From Camelus ferus (taxonomy: Eukaryota): a stretch of DNA of 64,000 nucleotides. Location of the stretch: NCBI RefSeq assembly GCF_009834535.1, contig NC_045697.1, positions 62,188,001 through 62,252,000 of the forward strand, in the 5' to 3' direction. Below the pieces are notes generated by a model, which was not told the origin of the DNA, did not search any database, and worked only from the letters and a program-made list of their open reading frames with translations. The translations under genes were made by a program, and so were the position numbers. Each line of letters opens with the position of its first letter. Within the stretch, counting starts at the first letter, position 1. Below are positions 26,386-38,671 of this stretch, in pieces.

Positions 26386-28420
26386 TAGCAGAGGGGATGA
26401 ATAAGACCTGGACCAGATACTCTAGTGACGCTGGGAGACAGAGAGAAAGAGAATGTGGGCACAAACTCACATCTGTGGCTGGCGTGGGGGCTGGTGCAGG
26501 GGTGGGGAGGGAGGGAGCCAGGGGAACAACTGGCCAGCCAAAGCAGAGAAGTGATACAGATAAGAGCAGTGGCTCTGACCGTGAAGAAGGGCAGATGCCC
26601 CAGGCCAGCCCAGGAGCGTGGCCACTCCTGGAGGGGGAAGTACCTTCTTCTGATCTGACTTTCTCGTGCTACTGCTGAACTTGAACAGTGCCGTCAGGCC
26701 CTCTTCTCCACTTGAGATGCTTCTTCAGCTCAGCGAGGAGCTGGCTCTGACCCAGACTCCATGTAGGACGAGGGCTAACATCTTGGTGCTGTTTGCCTCT
26801 GTAGTTGCCCCTTTGAACGTGTCCATCTGTTGGCATTTTCAGAAATCCATGCTTTAAGAGTGAGCCCTTTTCTGTTTTCATCATGGAGTTAGATTCCAGG
26901 GATGGCCTCTGTGTTCTCCAAAGCCTCTTCCCGAAACTGAACTTTTGTTTACTTCCTAAATTGCCCTCTAACCTCCTTAGACTGAGTTGACTTGTCTTCG
27001 TGGAAGAATCAGTCTTGAACTCATCTCTTTGACTCCAGCTCTCTTGGCAGAGAACACAGGAAGATCATTTTTTGCTTATGTGTGTGTTCAGGGAGAATTT
27101 CTTTCTTTGTTTTTCTGTCTCAGCCACAACCCATGGGCAAGCCGGCACCTGGGACCTTGACAAGCCTCCATGCGTGTGTGCGTGCATGGGCTGAGGTCAC
27201 CTGGGGAGTCCTACCCAGTATCATTTGTCATGTTCCCGAATTCCAGAGCAGCTGGCAGTTTCCCAAGTCCCAGGCTCAGGGAAGCTGGGGGAAGTACTTT
27301 CCTGGAGCCAGCTTTATCTTATTGTCGCTGTTCCATTCATGCAAATTGGAAATACGCCCATAACTAAACTGTGTGCCGCCCCTCCGACAAGGAAAGGCTG
27401 CTGTTCAAGCTTAATGCTTTTGCTCAGCGCCTTTCTAATCTCTCAGCTTCACACTGTTTAAATGGCGGCCAGCTGACTGAGAACAGATCGTGTTTTTTCT
27501 GATGATTAATGACGTACAAGGAGATGAATTCATACAGTCTAGTTCCATTTCTGCCCACATCCAGGAATGTGTTTAGGCAAATATTTAACCCCCACCAAGC
27601 CTCATATATAAAATGAGAATTTGGACAAGATGGATCTTAGGGTCCTTCTGCATCTAAAAGTCACTGGCTGTGTGATGATTTAAGAACATGAAAGAATTAC
27701 AAGGGTAGGATTTATTTACCACAAGAGGAGAGTCTCAGTACTGTCTCCTGTCAAGGCCCCCTGGAGAGGGCCCATCCCTCAGCTGGAGGATTTCCTCTGC
27801 CTGTGGAGTCAGCAGCTCTCTCTCACATTTGGAAACAGACTTTTAAGTTGACCTTTTTCACTTAAAACCTCGTATAAATGTGTTTAACATCTTTGGGGAA
27901 CGGGTTTATGCTTTGCTGGTTGTTTCTTTTAAATTCATCTTTTCCAATATACTGTTATTGCTTGTCAACACAGACTTGCCCTTTTGCACTTTTAAATAGT
28001 TGCCCCAAACTTCACTCTGGTTTCTCCCACTAAAATTCTGACCAGTAACCCCCCAACTTTTAAATCTTACAAATTGAGTAATAAGGCAGCATTTTGCTGT
28101 AGAGTCAGCCTTTACCTTTTGTCTCCTGGGTTTTATCTAAATTTTTTAATGAGATTGCTACTTTTTTAAAATAAATTTTTAACATATGATCTATGTGAAT
28201 GTAAGCGTAAAAATACAGAATCAGCCACTCTGGCCATTTTATTGCTCTGGTTGAGTAGCTGGGTCAGGAACATAAGCAGGGTGTCCCTAAACAGTGGTCT
28301 ATTTGTACCTTTGAACAGCTGAGGACCAATTTTTAAGTAGCCACAGTTAATAAAAATCTCTGCCCAAATGCTAAAATATGCCCTTGTACAAACTCTGCAA
28401 TAAAAGTAGTTATAGCTAAT

Positions 28421-28575
28421 GGGGGGAGGGCATAGCTCAGTGGTGGAACGCTGCATGTAGCATTAGCATGCACGAGGTCCTGAGTTCAATCCCCAGTCCC
28501 TCCGTTAAAAATAAATAAATAAATAAACTTAATTATCCCCTCCCTCAAAGTAAATGAAGTTAAAACAATTTTTTT
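28421..28575 (+). mobile_element. tRNA-Ala-derived SINE (Vic-1-like)
   Basis: ggggggagggcatagctcagtgg...gcacgaggtcctgagttcaatcccc, (taaa)n tail, degenerate TSD aagtagttatagcta / aagtatttataacta. Confidence 0.9.
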
Positions 28576-31500
28576 AAGTATTTATAACTAGCTTGCCACC
28601 CCCCCACCCCAAGCCTTTTTAATAATCACCAACAAAGAAAGCCACTCTCCTGGAGTGGTTCCTGAAGTCTTGCTACTTAAACCTTGACGTGAAAGTACCA
28701 AACCTGGTGTATATTTTGGTAACTGGCATCAGTTCACTCAGCTACTCGGGTTTGTTGATCCCTACTCAGTGCTGGGCATTGGGATACAGAAAAGAACGAG
28801 AGAGAAGAAGTTGGCATGTTCTTACCAGCACTGAGCCTGCAGTCTAACCCATGGGGCGTGCAGACACAGTCACAGTGCTCTGAGAAAATGCTGTTAAGAG
28901 GGTAAGTGGAGCCATGGAGGACCAGGAAGGAGGCCCCCATTCTAAATGGGGGAGAAGGTTAGGGGAGGAGAGAAGGGTCAAGGGAGGTTTGTCAAACAAA
29001 AAGATAACTAAACAGATCTAAAGGATATCTCGGGGTTAATCAGGCAAAGATGAGGAAGAAAGGGAAGCAGGGGGGATGTTCTAGAAAAAGGAATGGTATT
29101 CACAAAGGCTGGGGGCCAGGGAGAGCAGGACACATTTGAGGAACACAGAAGTTCATTATGGTGGGAGCTCAGAGCTCAGGAAGGACGTTGACATAAGGCT
29201 GGAAACATACTTAGGGCCAGATCTTATTTATTCTGGATATTGTAGTTTAGATAAATGTATTCGCTTAGGACTCTTACCCCCTTTCTGGCAGTTAAATTTT
29301 TTCTCAAGGTGAAGATGTAAATCTGAAGCCTATCTAATTCCAAAGAGGAAACATTTGCACTAATATATGGATTGCTTGGCTCTGCCCAGGAATGTTTACT
29401 GGCTGTTACCATTGACTTTTATAGTTCTCATAGGATTCTTGTCTATATAAGGTGCTTTCCAGGAAGATGGCATCTTCCTGATGATTTGCAGAAGAAAACA
29501 TGAAGCATATTTTCAGATACGGATTTTCACATTAACTATTCATTGAAACTGTTAAAGTCTAATGAAAGGGGCTGAAGTTCCCAGATTATTTTGTTCTAAG
29601 GTGTGGGTAGGGCTCTCACCATGCAGTCGCAGTATATTCAGTATAAGGAGTGTAATTCTCACCTATTTGGGATTGCAAGTGCAAACTGCTTACCCAGAGC
29701 CGCTCACATACTACTTCTGAAACATTTCAGGCCAGAGTGTGAATGTTGAGACGTGACCTCTATTTATGATTCTCACAAATGTGTAATCTTTTCTCCAAAA
29801 TACCTCAGTATTTTTATTCTCCTGTTTTTCTTTCCTTCATGATAGCTTGTAAACACAGGTAATCTCCTTAGCTTGACATCGAAAACCTCTGCAATCTAGT
29901 CTGGCTTCTAGTTCTCAAGATTTCTTTTCCTCTCTCGAAACACCTCACCCCCCAACAGAACAAAACAAGATGGACCACTTCAGCCATACCGGGTTGTGCA
30001 CAGAGGCACCACAGGAGCCTAGGGAAAGCTTTGGGTTTGGACGCAGAGAACATAGATTAGTGTCCTGGGCACAGCACTCCCAGGCTGGTGACTTTGCGCA
30101 AGACACTTAACCTTCCCAAACCTCAGAGTCTTTATCTGTAAAATGACGAGCTTAGCTGACAAGATTGCTGGGAAAATCAAAATGAAGTAATGGATATAAA
30201 AACTCTTTGTGGGCTGTTAAGCCCAAAACCAATAGAAAGTGAAGCTCACTTCCTTGCCCAGGCTGATCCCCTTGCCTGAAATTTCCTTCCCAACCCCACC
30301 CACTGTCTTTAACTGTGAAATCCCTTTTCCTCTTCCATGAATTCAGTTCTGACTATACGGCCAGGGTATTTTTTATATTTATATTAGCATCATAAGAACA
30401 GTCACACTCCATCCATATTATAATTGCTAATATGCTTGTCTACACTTTGTGGATTGTAAATCCATGTCGGGTAGGAGTCCAAACCCATCAATTTTCCACC
30501 CCTCATGTCACCCGGCACAGCACTTAGCTCACGGAGGACCGGAATGAATGAATCCGCTCCATGTTTTTACCTGCTGAGTGCCACGCAGTGCTGAAATCTG
30601 ATTATCACTGTGAATCTTTCTCAACGTTTATACCTTTTTCTACAGGGATTTTGCATTTAAGGAATAAACTCATCGAAGCGATGGTAGAAGTTAGTGCTCT
30701 AATTGCAGGGAATGAGTATTGATGATGAAGAGATGACATTTTTCTTTTGATATCCCCTAATTTGTAGGAATTTTAAACCTTTGGAGAGCCCAGTTTTACG
30801 TCTGAGGATCAGTATGTTCCAGAAAGATCCATTCTTTAATCATTTTCTGAGCAGGTTGTATGACATTGGAAAAGCTATGTAGTGCTGACACTGGAATATT
30901 TGTGGATTTGTTATTCCTCATTATTATTGTGTAGGTTAAAATGCTGCTTACTTACTTTTTTGAAACTTGCTCCGAACTGTCCGTGGAGGAGATCATGCTC
31001 CAGGCTGTCAGCTCCAGAGATCATGACCCTCTGTTTTCACAGAGGCCAAGCTCCCATGGGTGCGTGGGTGGAGGCAGGCTCCGTGATTACCAATGTCATA
31101 CTTGTCCCAAGGGTCCTGTCTTATTTTATCTATTAGAGTCTACTTTGAGTTTTCTTCTCTTCAAGTGTCAGTTTAACTGATTTACAGGCTCGGAGACCAT
31201 TATCCTTTCCCATGGACTCGCTAAGCCTGGACTGCTTTGCCACCTCTCCGCCTTGTTCACAAGCAGAACAAGCACCCTCCCTCATCTTTGAAGCCCCCAG
31301 CTTCCTACAGAGGTCATTCCCTGAGAGTATACCCGAAAGGCAAGGACTGAGGAGGCATAAAAGGCAGCCTCCACATCAATTTCAGGAAGCTCGAGGACAT
31401 TTTCTTCCCCAAGTTTCTTAAGAACAAGTTTCCTACTTTTATGCACAGCTGCTCTGAAGAGGTGCCAAGTCTGAAGTCCCAGCTGCTGCACTGTGAGGAA

Positions 31501-34189
31501 ATTATTTTCTTTACTTAAACAAAAGAAGAAAATCTCCAAGGCTGGAGCCCATGGCTGATAGAGGGAACACCTGCAGAGGGCAGGGATGTTTCTGTGACAG
31601 GCCCCATAGGGTACTTTGCATGTAGCTGCTCCCAGGCCTTGTAAAGATGCAAACTCTTCACCTCCAAAACCCAGTCTCCTACTGGCTGTGCCTCTGGCAA
31701 GGGCGGGCAGTGACTCGTGGGGAGAGCTGCTTCCTGAGACAAGGGAGCTGCAAACACTCATGTTTTTCTTATAAAACCAGTCTTTGTGACGTGCTGCAGT
31801 GGTTATGGTCAGCACTGCGGGCTAGAGCCTGGGCCTGGGCCTCTGTCCGGTCTTCCCTGGATTTTTGGTACTTCACTGAGGGACTGACCATCGCGCTCTA
31901 GTGACTGCTCAGATGATGGCTGGGGGCCAGTGATGTTCACTCTTTAGAACTACCCAGGTCCTCATCACTGACCTTGGTTTAAAAGACCAAAGATGTGAAG
32001 GGGAGGCAGCAGGCTCCAACTGAGGGTCCAGGATCAGAAACGACCCTTGAGAAACGTCTGTTCCCTGCCCTGCCCTCCCCGCTCCCATGGGCACAGGTTC
32101 TAGGCCGTGAAGCTCCCATCACTTACAGATGTCTGTGTACTGACAGGCCAGGCCAGCTGGGGTAAGACTGTCTCTACATGTTGGATGTACACAACTTTTT
32201 CAGTCTATAAGACAAATTGAGTTCTGAAAACCCGGTGGCTAGTATTTAATGCTGATCTACTACTATGGAGTATTCTATACACGACTTCAGAGACTTCTGT
32301 ACTAAGGGATACCCTCCTTCCAGTGTCCAGTATCCAGTTCCAGCCTGAGAGAGTGGGGCAGATTTGCATATTTAATTTTGTGTGTTCTGTAGACTTACAT
32401 GTCCAAAATCCCATTTAAGGTTTTAGGATGCCTTCAATACATACTTCTTGAAATAAAAATATTTCTTATTTAAAAAAAACCCCCCAAAACCCAATCTACT
32501 ATTGAAACCATGAAAACCCCTTTCTTTGTTTTCTTCCTGCATTGTAAAATGAATTAACAACTCAAGGAAAACAAAACTCAAAAAAAAAAAAGTACTAATT
32601 ATAGAAAACTAATCACTATTGGAAAATAATCAAAATGCCAAAGTAAAGCTGTCTGGTCCTATAAATACCAGTAAGAGTAGGAAAGAGCAGTTCTCATGCC
32701 CCCAGGGTCCCTCACTCTAGGGTGACTGCTCCCCTGTGCATTGGCGTAGCTTTCCTTTACCTGGTCCCCATTTTTCATAGCTCACACCCAGCAGAATGGG
32801 CTCCAGGTCGTTCCCCAACCTGGTAAGAGTAAGCGTGACTTGCCTCACTAGTGAAAATACAAAACCCTTATTTGGAGTCTCCCGGATCCCACAGAGAGGT
32901 GCTCCTGCCCTATGCTCAGACATGCCCACTTTCCCTGGATTTTCAGAGCAGTGTTACTTGGCACTTCTGAGCCTCCCTGAACAACCTAGCTCTTCCAAGC
33001 TCAGATGGTCCACTGCACCCACATCTAGCACCTTCTGTGGAGTGAATTTCCTCCCAGCACTCAGAGAGGATGTTTTAGATTTGTACTGGAACACACAGTT
33101 CAAGTACACAGTAGCAAATGTTGTAAGTACCCAAGACACATACAAGAAGAATTAGCCCACAAGATAAGAGGAGTGTCTGTTCTAGTTTGAGCCTTGGGGA
33201 ATGTGCTGGAAAATGCAGAACATGGGAGAAGTAACGCTAAATCCCACTAGGAAGAGGGGAGGAAATCTGAGAACACTCAGCAAAGCAGAGATAAACAAAG
33301 GATGAGACTTGGGGTAAATAGCTGAGAGCTTTCAAGTCTGCAGATCACAGAGGGGTACAGAAAATAACCAGAGGGCACGAGTGAAAGAGGGAAGAACACC
33401 GAGGAAGAACAGGGGGAGCTGTTATGCGCGGCTGAGTCATGTCTGGGGTTGTCCGCCAAGGCGGCGGCCGTAACCATGTGAATTCCAAGTGGAAAGAGCT
33501 GGGGCCTGGCGGGCTGCGACATCACAAGCACAGATGCCAGGCACAAGCACGCCCGGCGCACAGCAGCCCGAGGGGGCTGGCGCCTCACACACAGACCCCT
33601 TGTGTTTTGCCCGGCTCCAGGTCCTCTTAAAGCTGGGTCGAACTTGTCTTAACAGAGAGGCGATCTGACTCTAAATAAGTGAAGGCAATGGGTCCAGATT
33701 TCGTGGGGTTTTCACTGGGACCCACAGACCCCAGCTGCAGAGCCCCATCTCTGGCACTCAGGAGGGTAGGAGTTCCGAGGGCAGGAGAGGGTTAAGGATA
33801 AGAATCAAATGCTCTTTTAGGAAAATGGAGACCGGCACAGAAAGAGAACTGCTGAAACTGAGAGCAGGCCATTCGAAGCTCCTGACAAAGGAGGGAAGTC
33901 GGACACTGCCCACTGTCCCCCAAGAGCTAGAGCAGTAATAGTAACAGTGAGGAGGCGTTGCTATCAGGTTTCTCTACTGCTTCCCCCTTCGCTCCAGCTC
34001 CTGGGGCTGTCCTCTCTTCTCCTTGAGTACTTGGATCTCCCAGGTATCCTCGGCCTCTCCTTGAAAAGACTTGGGGGCATTATTTCTCCAAATCTCTCTC
34101 CTCTTCTCTCTTACTTTCCACCTTCATGCCCTCCTCATCACCTGAGTATATCCTACTCTGAAGCCACATTTTTATTGAGTAGTTTTACT

Positions 34190-34325
34190 TGGGGAGTTTA
34201 AAAAATATTCCAGCGCCAGACCCCACACCCAGACCGACGAGAAACTCTGGGAGCGCAGCCCAGGCATGGGTACTAAACACTCCTGGAGGAGCTCAGTGTG
34301 CAGCCAGGATTGGCAACCACTGCTA
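34190..34325. mobile_element. MER5-like hAT-Charlie fragment
   Basis: ccccacacccagacc...gaaactctggg...gtgcagccaggattggcaaccactg. Confidence 0.6.
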
Positions 34326-37049
34326 GACAGAATCCTCCTGTGTGGCTGGAGCTAGCCCCGTTGGCTGTGTGTCTGGTGCCTGTTATTCTTGCAGACGCCC
34401 CTCCGTGAGATCTTTTCCAACCTGCATAACCTCCCAGAGACTGGAAAAATCTCCTCTTTCCGATAGCTCCTAGTCTCAAAGGGGGACCCTGTACTGCACT
34501 GTCAGTTCCCACAGGCTGCTACCAGAGCGGGCAGCCTGGCCTGAGGGATTTACTGGGTCTCCTGCTGTGTAAATCTCTTCCTTGGAGAGAGTGGAGTTGA
34601 GGGCTTATCTAGTTCTCAAGGAGCCAAAGAACTTTAGTCTTCTAAAGACCCTGGGTGGATGGAAGCTCCCTGGTACCCAGGCTGTCTAGTGGACAAGGAA
34701 CAGCAGAAGTGGCCTCCCAGGGCCTCCTGGGAGCTCAGGCCTCAGCCTTCTTCACCGTTCCGAAATGTTCTAGGCACTAGGCTTAGCAAGTCCAACCCTC
34801 CTGAATTTGAAGGACACTGGGGAGTCCCTCACATCCTTCCCCTCAGGGGCAGCGTTCAAGAACATCTCTTTCTTGGGAACTGCCCAGGCTGCAACTCCTA
34901 TTAGTCAGCTCAGGTCTTGTGGACAGAGACTAAACGCTGAGGGTGGGTGAGCCTTCAGGCTCCGGAAGACTTCCCCTTATAGCTCACGGCTTGGTTCAGA
35001 AAACACTTCTCTGATGCCTGACGATGTCAAGTAGTGGGTGTGTATGTCAGGGAGGCAGAGACTCAAAGATGAAGCGTCCTGGGGGAACTCACTCTCTGGG
35101 TTTCTAGGAAGCCCAGAATCAGGTGGCAGTAAGTGCCCTCCTGTGGAAAATTCTCCACCCTGTTCTGTGCTTGCAGAATAGGAAAAAGTGACCTAAATTT
35201 TTAATAGGTTGGATTTAAGGTGAGTCATAGTCCAGATAGGACAGGCTCAGTGAAATGTGGGGGTGGGGGGGTATTTCCAAGGTTCCATTAGCATGAACAA
35301 GATACACCTACTTAACTAGGGAGTTTTCCCTCATAAAGGTACTCTGTGTAGTCAGTTCTTCCATATGCTCAAACCTAAATGAAAATGTAGCCCACTAATT
35401 GTATTTGCGTGGACATCAGTCTGGTGTGATGATGGTAGTTTCAGTGTTCCAGCTTCCATGGGAGCGCTGCCGAGGACATGAGCTCACCCCTTGGCAGTGT
35501 TGCTGACACAGCCCCAGGTTAGCTCATCCGCCACACAGCGACCAGTGATGTCTCCACTTACACACCTGAACTTGGCTTTAAATCCTTCATGGATTTACTT
35601 TACCTAATGCAGGGTTCCTCCAAGGATGACTCCAGACCATATGTACCAGAAGCACCTGTGGGCAGGAACCTCAGACTGGAGTCAGACCCTTGGTCATTAT
35701 CCTGTTCATCTTGTGCTGGACCCATATAAGTTAGGGGAGAAGACTAAGAGGATATTGTCAAATAAGAAATTTGTTTGCAAGCCACAAATTTTAAGAAGCA
35801 ACTTTCTGTTTATGACCCATGATCAGTTCAAATTCATGGTGATAATTTTGAGACTTTGCAAGATTCACAGTCATCATAGAAAGACATCTGAATACTGTGA
35901 TGTCTATTACAGGAAAAACATAGACCAATACACTCTAGGAAGATTTTCAGCATCAAAGGCTGGAGCCAAAAGGGTGTCTCATTAACCCAGAGGTAACTAG
36001 GAGTCAGCCAGGAAATGTAATTCATAGGATCTCTATGTGCTGTCACCAGGGCTGTATCATACTGGACAGCCTGCTTTCACCAGCCAGCAGATAAGTGGCT
36101 GGTGGCTAAGCAGTGTCTAGCGGTGTGCTCCTCTGCTTTACCAGCCATGGGGTGGGAAAGGGCCAGGTGTTCAGCAGCAAGCTGACGGTATTCTCTCCAG
36201 AGAAGCTGTCTGTGGGGATAGTGAGCCAAAGCTGTCTTCCTTTCATACCAAGGAGCCCACGCAGACCTCCCAGGGTGAACGTGTAAACTAGGCAGTGTCT
36301 ACCCTGGAGCACTGGTCCCCAGTCTGCTTCCTTTCTCTCCGTGTGGTTCAGCACCTCCTCACTGCCCAGGATGATACCTCAAATTTAGCAGATCTAATCC
36401 TAAATCCATCCTTTCCCCTGTCTCCAGTCCCATACCTTCCTCAGGCTGACACCCTGGCCTTTATTCACCGTGAAGCAGCCTCCTGTTACCCAGCCCACAG
36501 CTTCTGCCTCATTCCTGCTTTCCCGCAGCCAGTCACTTCCTGGGTAGTGCTGGTCCTTCCTGAGTAATCGCTCAGGTCTGCCCCTTTCCCCTCTGTTCCC
36601 AGTGCTACAATCTGGAGTTAGGCTCCTAGTCTCAATCCTGCTACAGAGGCCTTCGAAATCGTCTCCTGAAATGCCACTTGAATCATGTCTCTCCAACATT
36701 CAGAGACACATTGGACCATACGGCCCCATCTCCTCCACCTTCCACTCTCTGTGCCCCACACCCGAGTCGCAGCTCCTCCCTTTTTCTGCAGCGCTCTCCC
36801 CGAGCCGGACTGGGGTGCTCACTGTTCCACCAGCCAGCTAGTGTTTTCCTGCCTCCACACCTCTGCTCAGGCAGGTCTCTAAAGGTGAAAACCTTCCTTG
36901 AGAGAAGCCTACTCCTGAACTTCAGGGCCTTCTCAGATGCCAGCTCCTTTCCCCAGCCACCCCAGGCCCAAGTGACACGTTGTCTCCACTCTCTGAAGAA
37001 GCAATTTGTATCAGCTCTAGTCATAAGGAATTGACTTTGAAATAAAAGC

Positions 37050-37270
37050 AATAGCTAACACTTACTGAGTGTTTACCCCATGCCAGGTACTGTACTAATT
37101 GCTGTATCTTATTTGATCTTTCTGATAATCTGATGGCTTAGATATTATCCCATTTAACAGGTGAATAAACTGAGAGAAGTTAAATAACTTGTTCAGTGTC
37201 ACATAACTCAGAAGTGGTAGAGCAGAATTCCTGGTTCCAAAGTTCATGCTCCAAACTCATGAGTCTATTA
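37050..37270 (-). mobile_element. MIR SINE
   Basis: aatagctaacattactgagtg-type start, cccatttaacaggtgaataaactgag, aaataacttgttcagtgtcaca. Confidence 0.75.
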
Positions 37271-38646
37271 CCTCCCTAGCATTTTGTTCTCAGTCTAAAC
37301 ATGTTAAAACTCCTCCACCCCACTTCAATACATTATATGTGAAGAGGAAGCAATTCTTACATACCTTTGCCCCCAGCAGTGTTTGGGAGGGCCCCATCAT
37401 TAAAAACTTTTAGGTTTTCACTCACACTAAAGTGTAAATGACCAACAGTGGCTGCAGTAACCAGATGACTTTGCCTTAAACTAAAACCCTGAAATTAAGT
37501 CTGGCCTGTGCTGCTTAAGATTTAGTACTTGTTTCTCCTGCCCTTACTGTCCTCAGCTGATACCCTTGAGACTGTGTGCTGGATTTTCATACCAAGGGTC
37601 AGCTGCTCCATCAGCCCACCTTCAGGAGTTCCTGAAATGACTTGCCTTGGCAGATGGCTCTGCCCTTTAATTAGCCATACAGTTACTGTTTCCCCTTATT
37701 TAATATCAGGAAGTTTCCTCCTGTTTCATCCCCTTCCCCTGCTTGGCCAAAGTGCCTTCCTACTATTCTTTTCCCATTTTGTACTTTTGTTTGGTGCTTT
37801 TCCCTTCAGTGTGTTATCGGAATCTAATCTGGGGATTTTTGCCAAGTTGTCTGAACTCTTCATCACCATATGTGGTGTCTTACTTGGTTCATAGGCCCTC
37901 CTTTTTTGGTATGAATGCACACACTCTCTATGAACTATTTTAGGACCCAGAATCATTAAGAGACAAGAGAAGTATGGTTTGCAAATCTATCATAACTTGG
38001 AGATATCCGCTATCTTGGCCATGCTAATAAGTACTCAATGAGTGCTACAATGTGAAAAATGTAACGAGCATATTGCAGAAACCCTGTTTTTGATGTGAGG
38101 ATGACTGATGATCCTTTCCCCACAGCAGATCTGCCCTCCTCAATGGGATTTTCTTGGCTAATATATATTTAAATTATTTTACATCCCTGATTTTATACAG
38201 ATTGGCAGATATGCAGTAGCCAAGAAATATTGTTTATGGCAAGAGAAAGTCAAATGGAAGATTAAAGAAAATCACAACGAATAATCTTCCAGCTAATAAA
38301 TAAGTGACTGTGACACCACTTTGGTTAGGCACCTTGGCAATGTGTACACTGGTATATTTTCAAGATAGAGGCTATCTTCTCAGTTCCATATGACTAATCA
38401 TCTTATGTTCTGAATTTACTGCTGCCCTTTTTCCACTGCAAACAATCTGGGCTGTCCCTCTTCTAATGAACATGAGAACATCTGATTCTAGAGTTTCTGG
38501 CTCAGTTCTAGCTCCATCAGGACACTGGCATCTTCAGTTAGCCCTGCTGGAGAAAGCATTAGAGAATAAAGACGCACTAAGCTGTGTGGCACTAACTCTG
38601 GACCCAACAAGATTTCAGAGAAAAAATAAGTGGGAACTGGAGCTGT

Positions 38647-38671
38647 AAAAAAAAAAAAAAAAAAAAAAAAA
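38647..38671. repeat. Poly(A) tract (25 nt)
   Basis: Uninterrupted A run. Confidence 0.9.

Noticed and set aside
17238..29480. Three perfect 10-bp palindromes spaced ~6.1 kb apart (17238, 23371, 29460)
   Set aside because: The sequences are unrelated, I saw no fourth at the next interval, and lineage-specific insertions would change the spacing. Treated as coincidence.
31282..31815. 177-aa ORF on - strand (longest in the track)
   Set aside because: Non-ATG start, no recognisable domain or exon support.
36295..37051. Cluster of overlapping ORFs on both strands
   Set aside because: Pyrimidine-rich, stop-poor sequence, probably a decayed L2; no protein similarity recognised.
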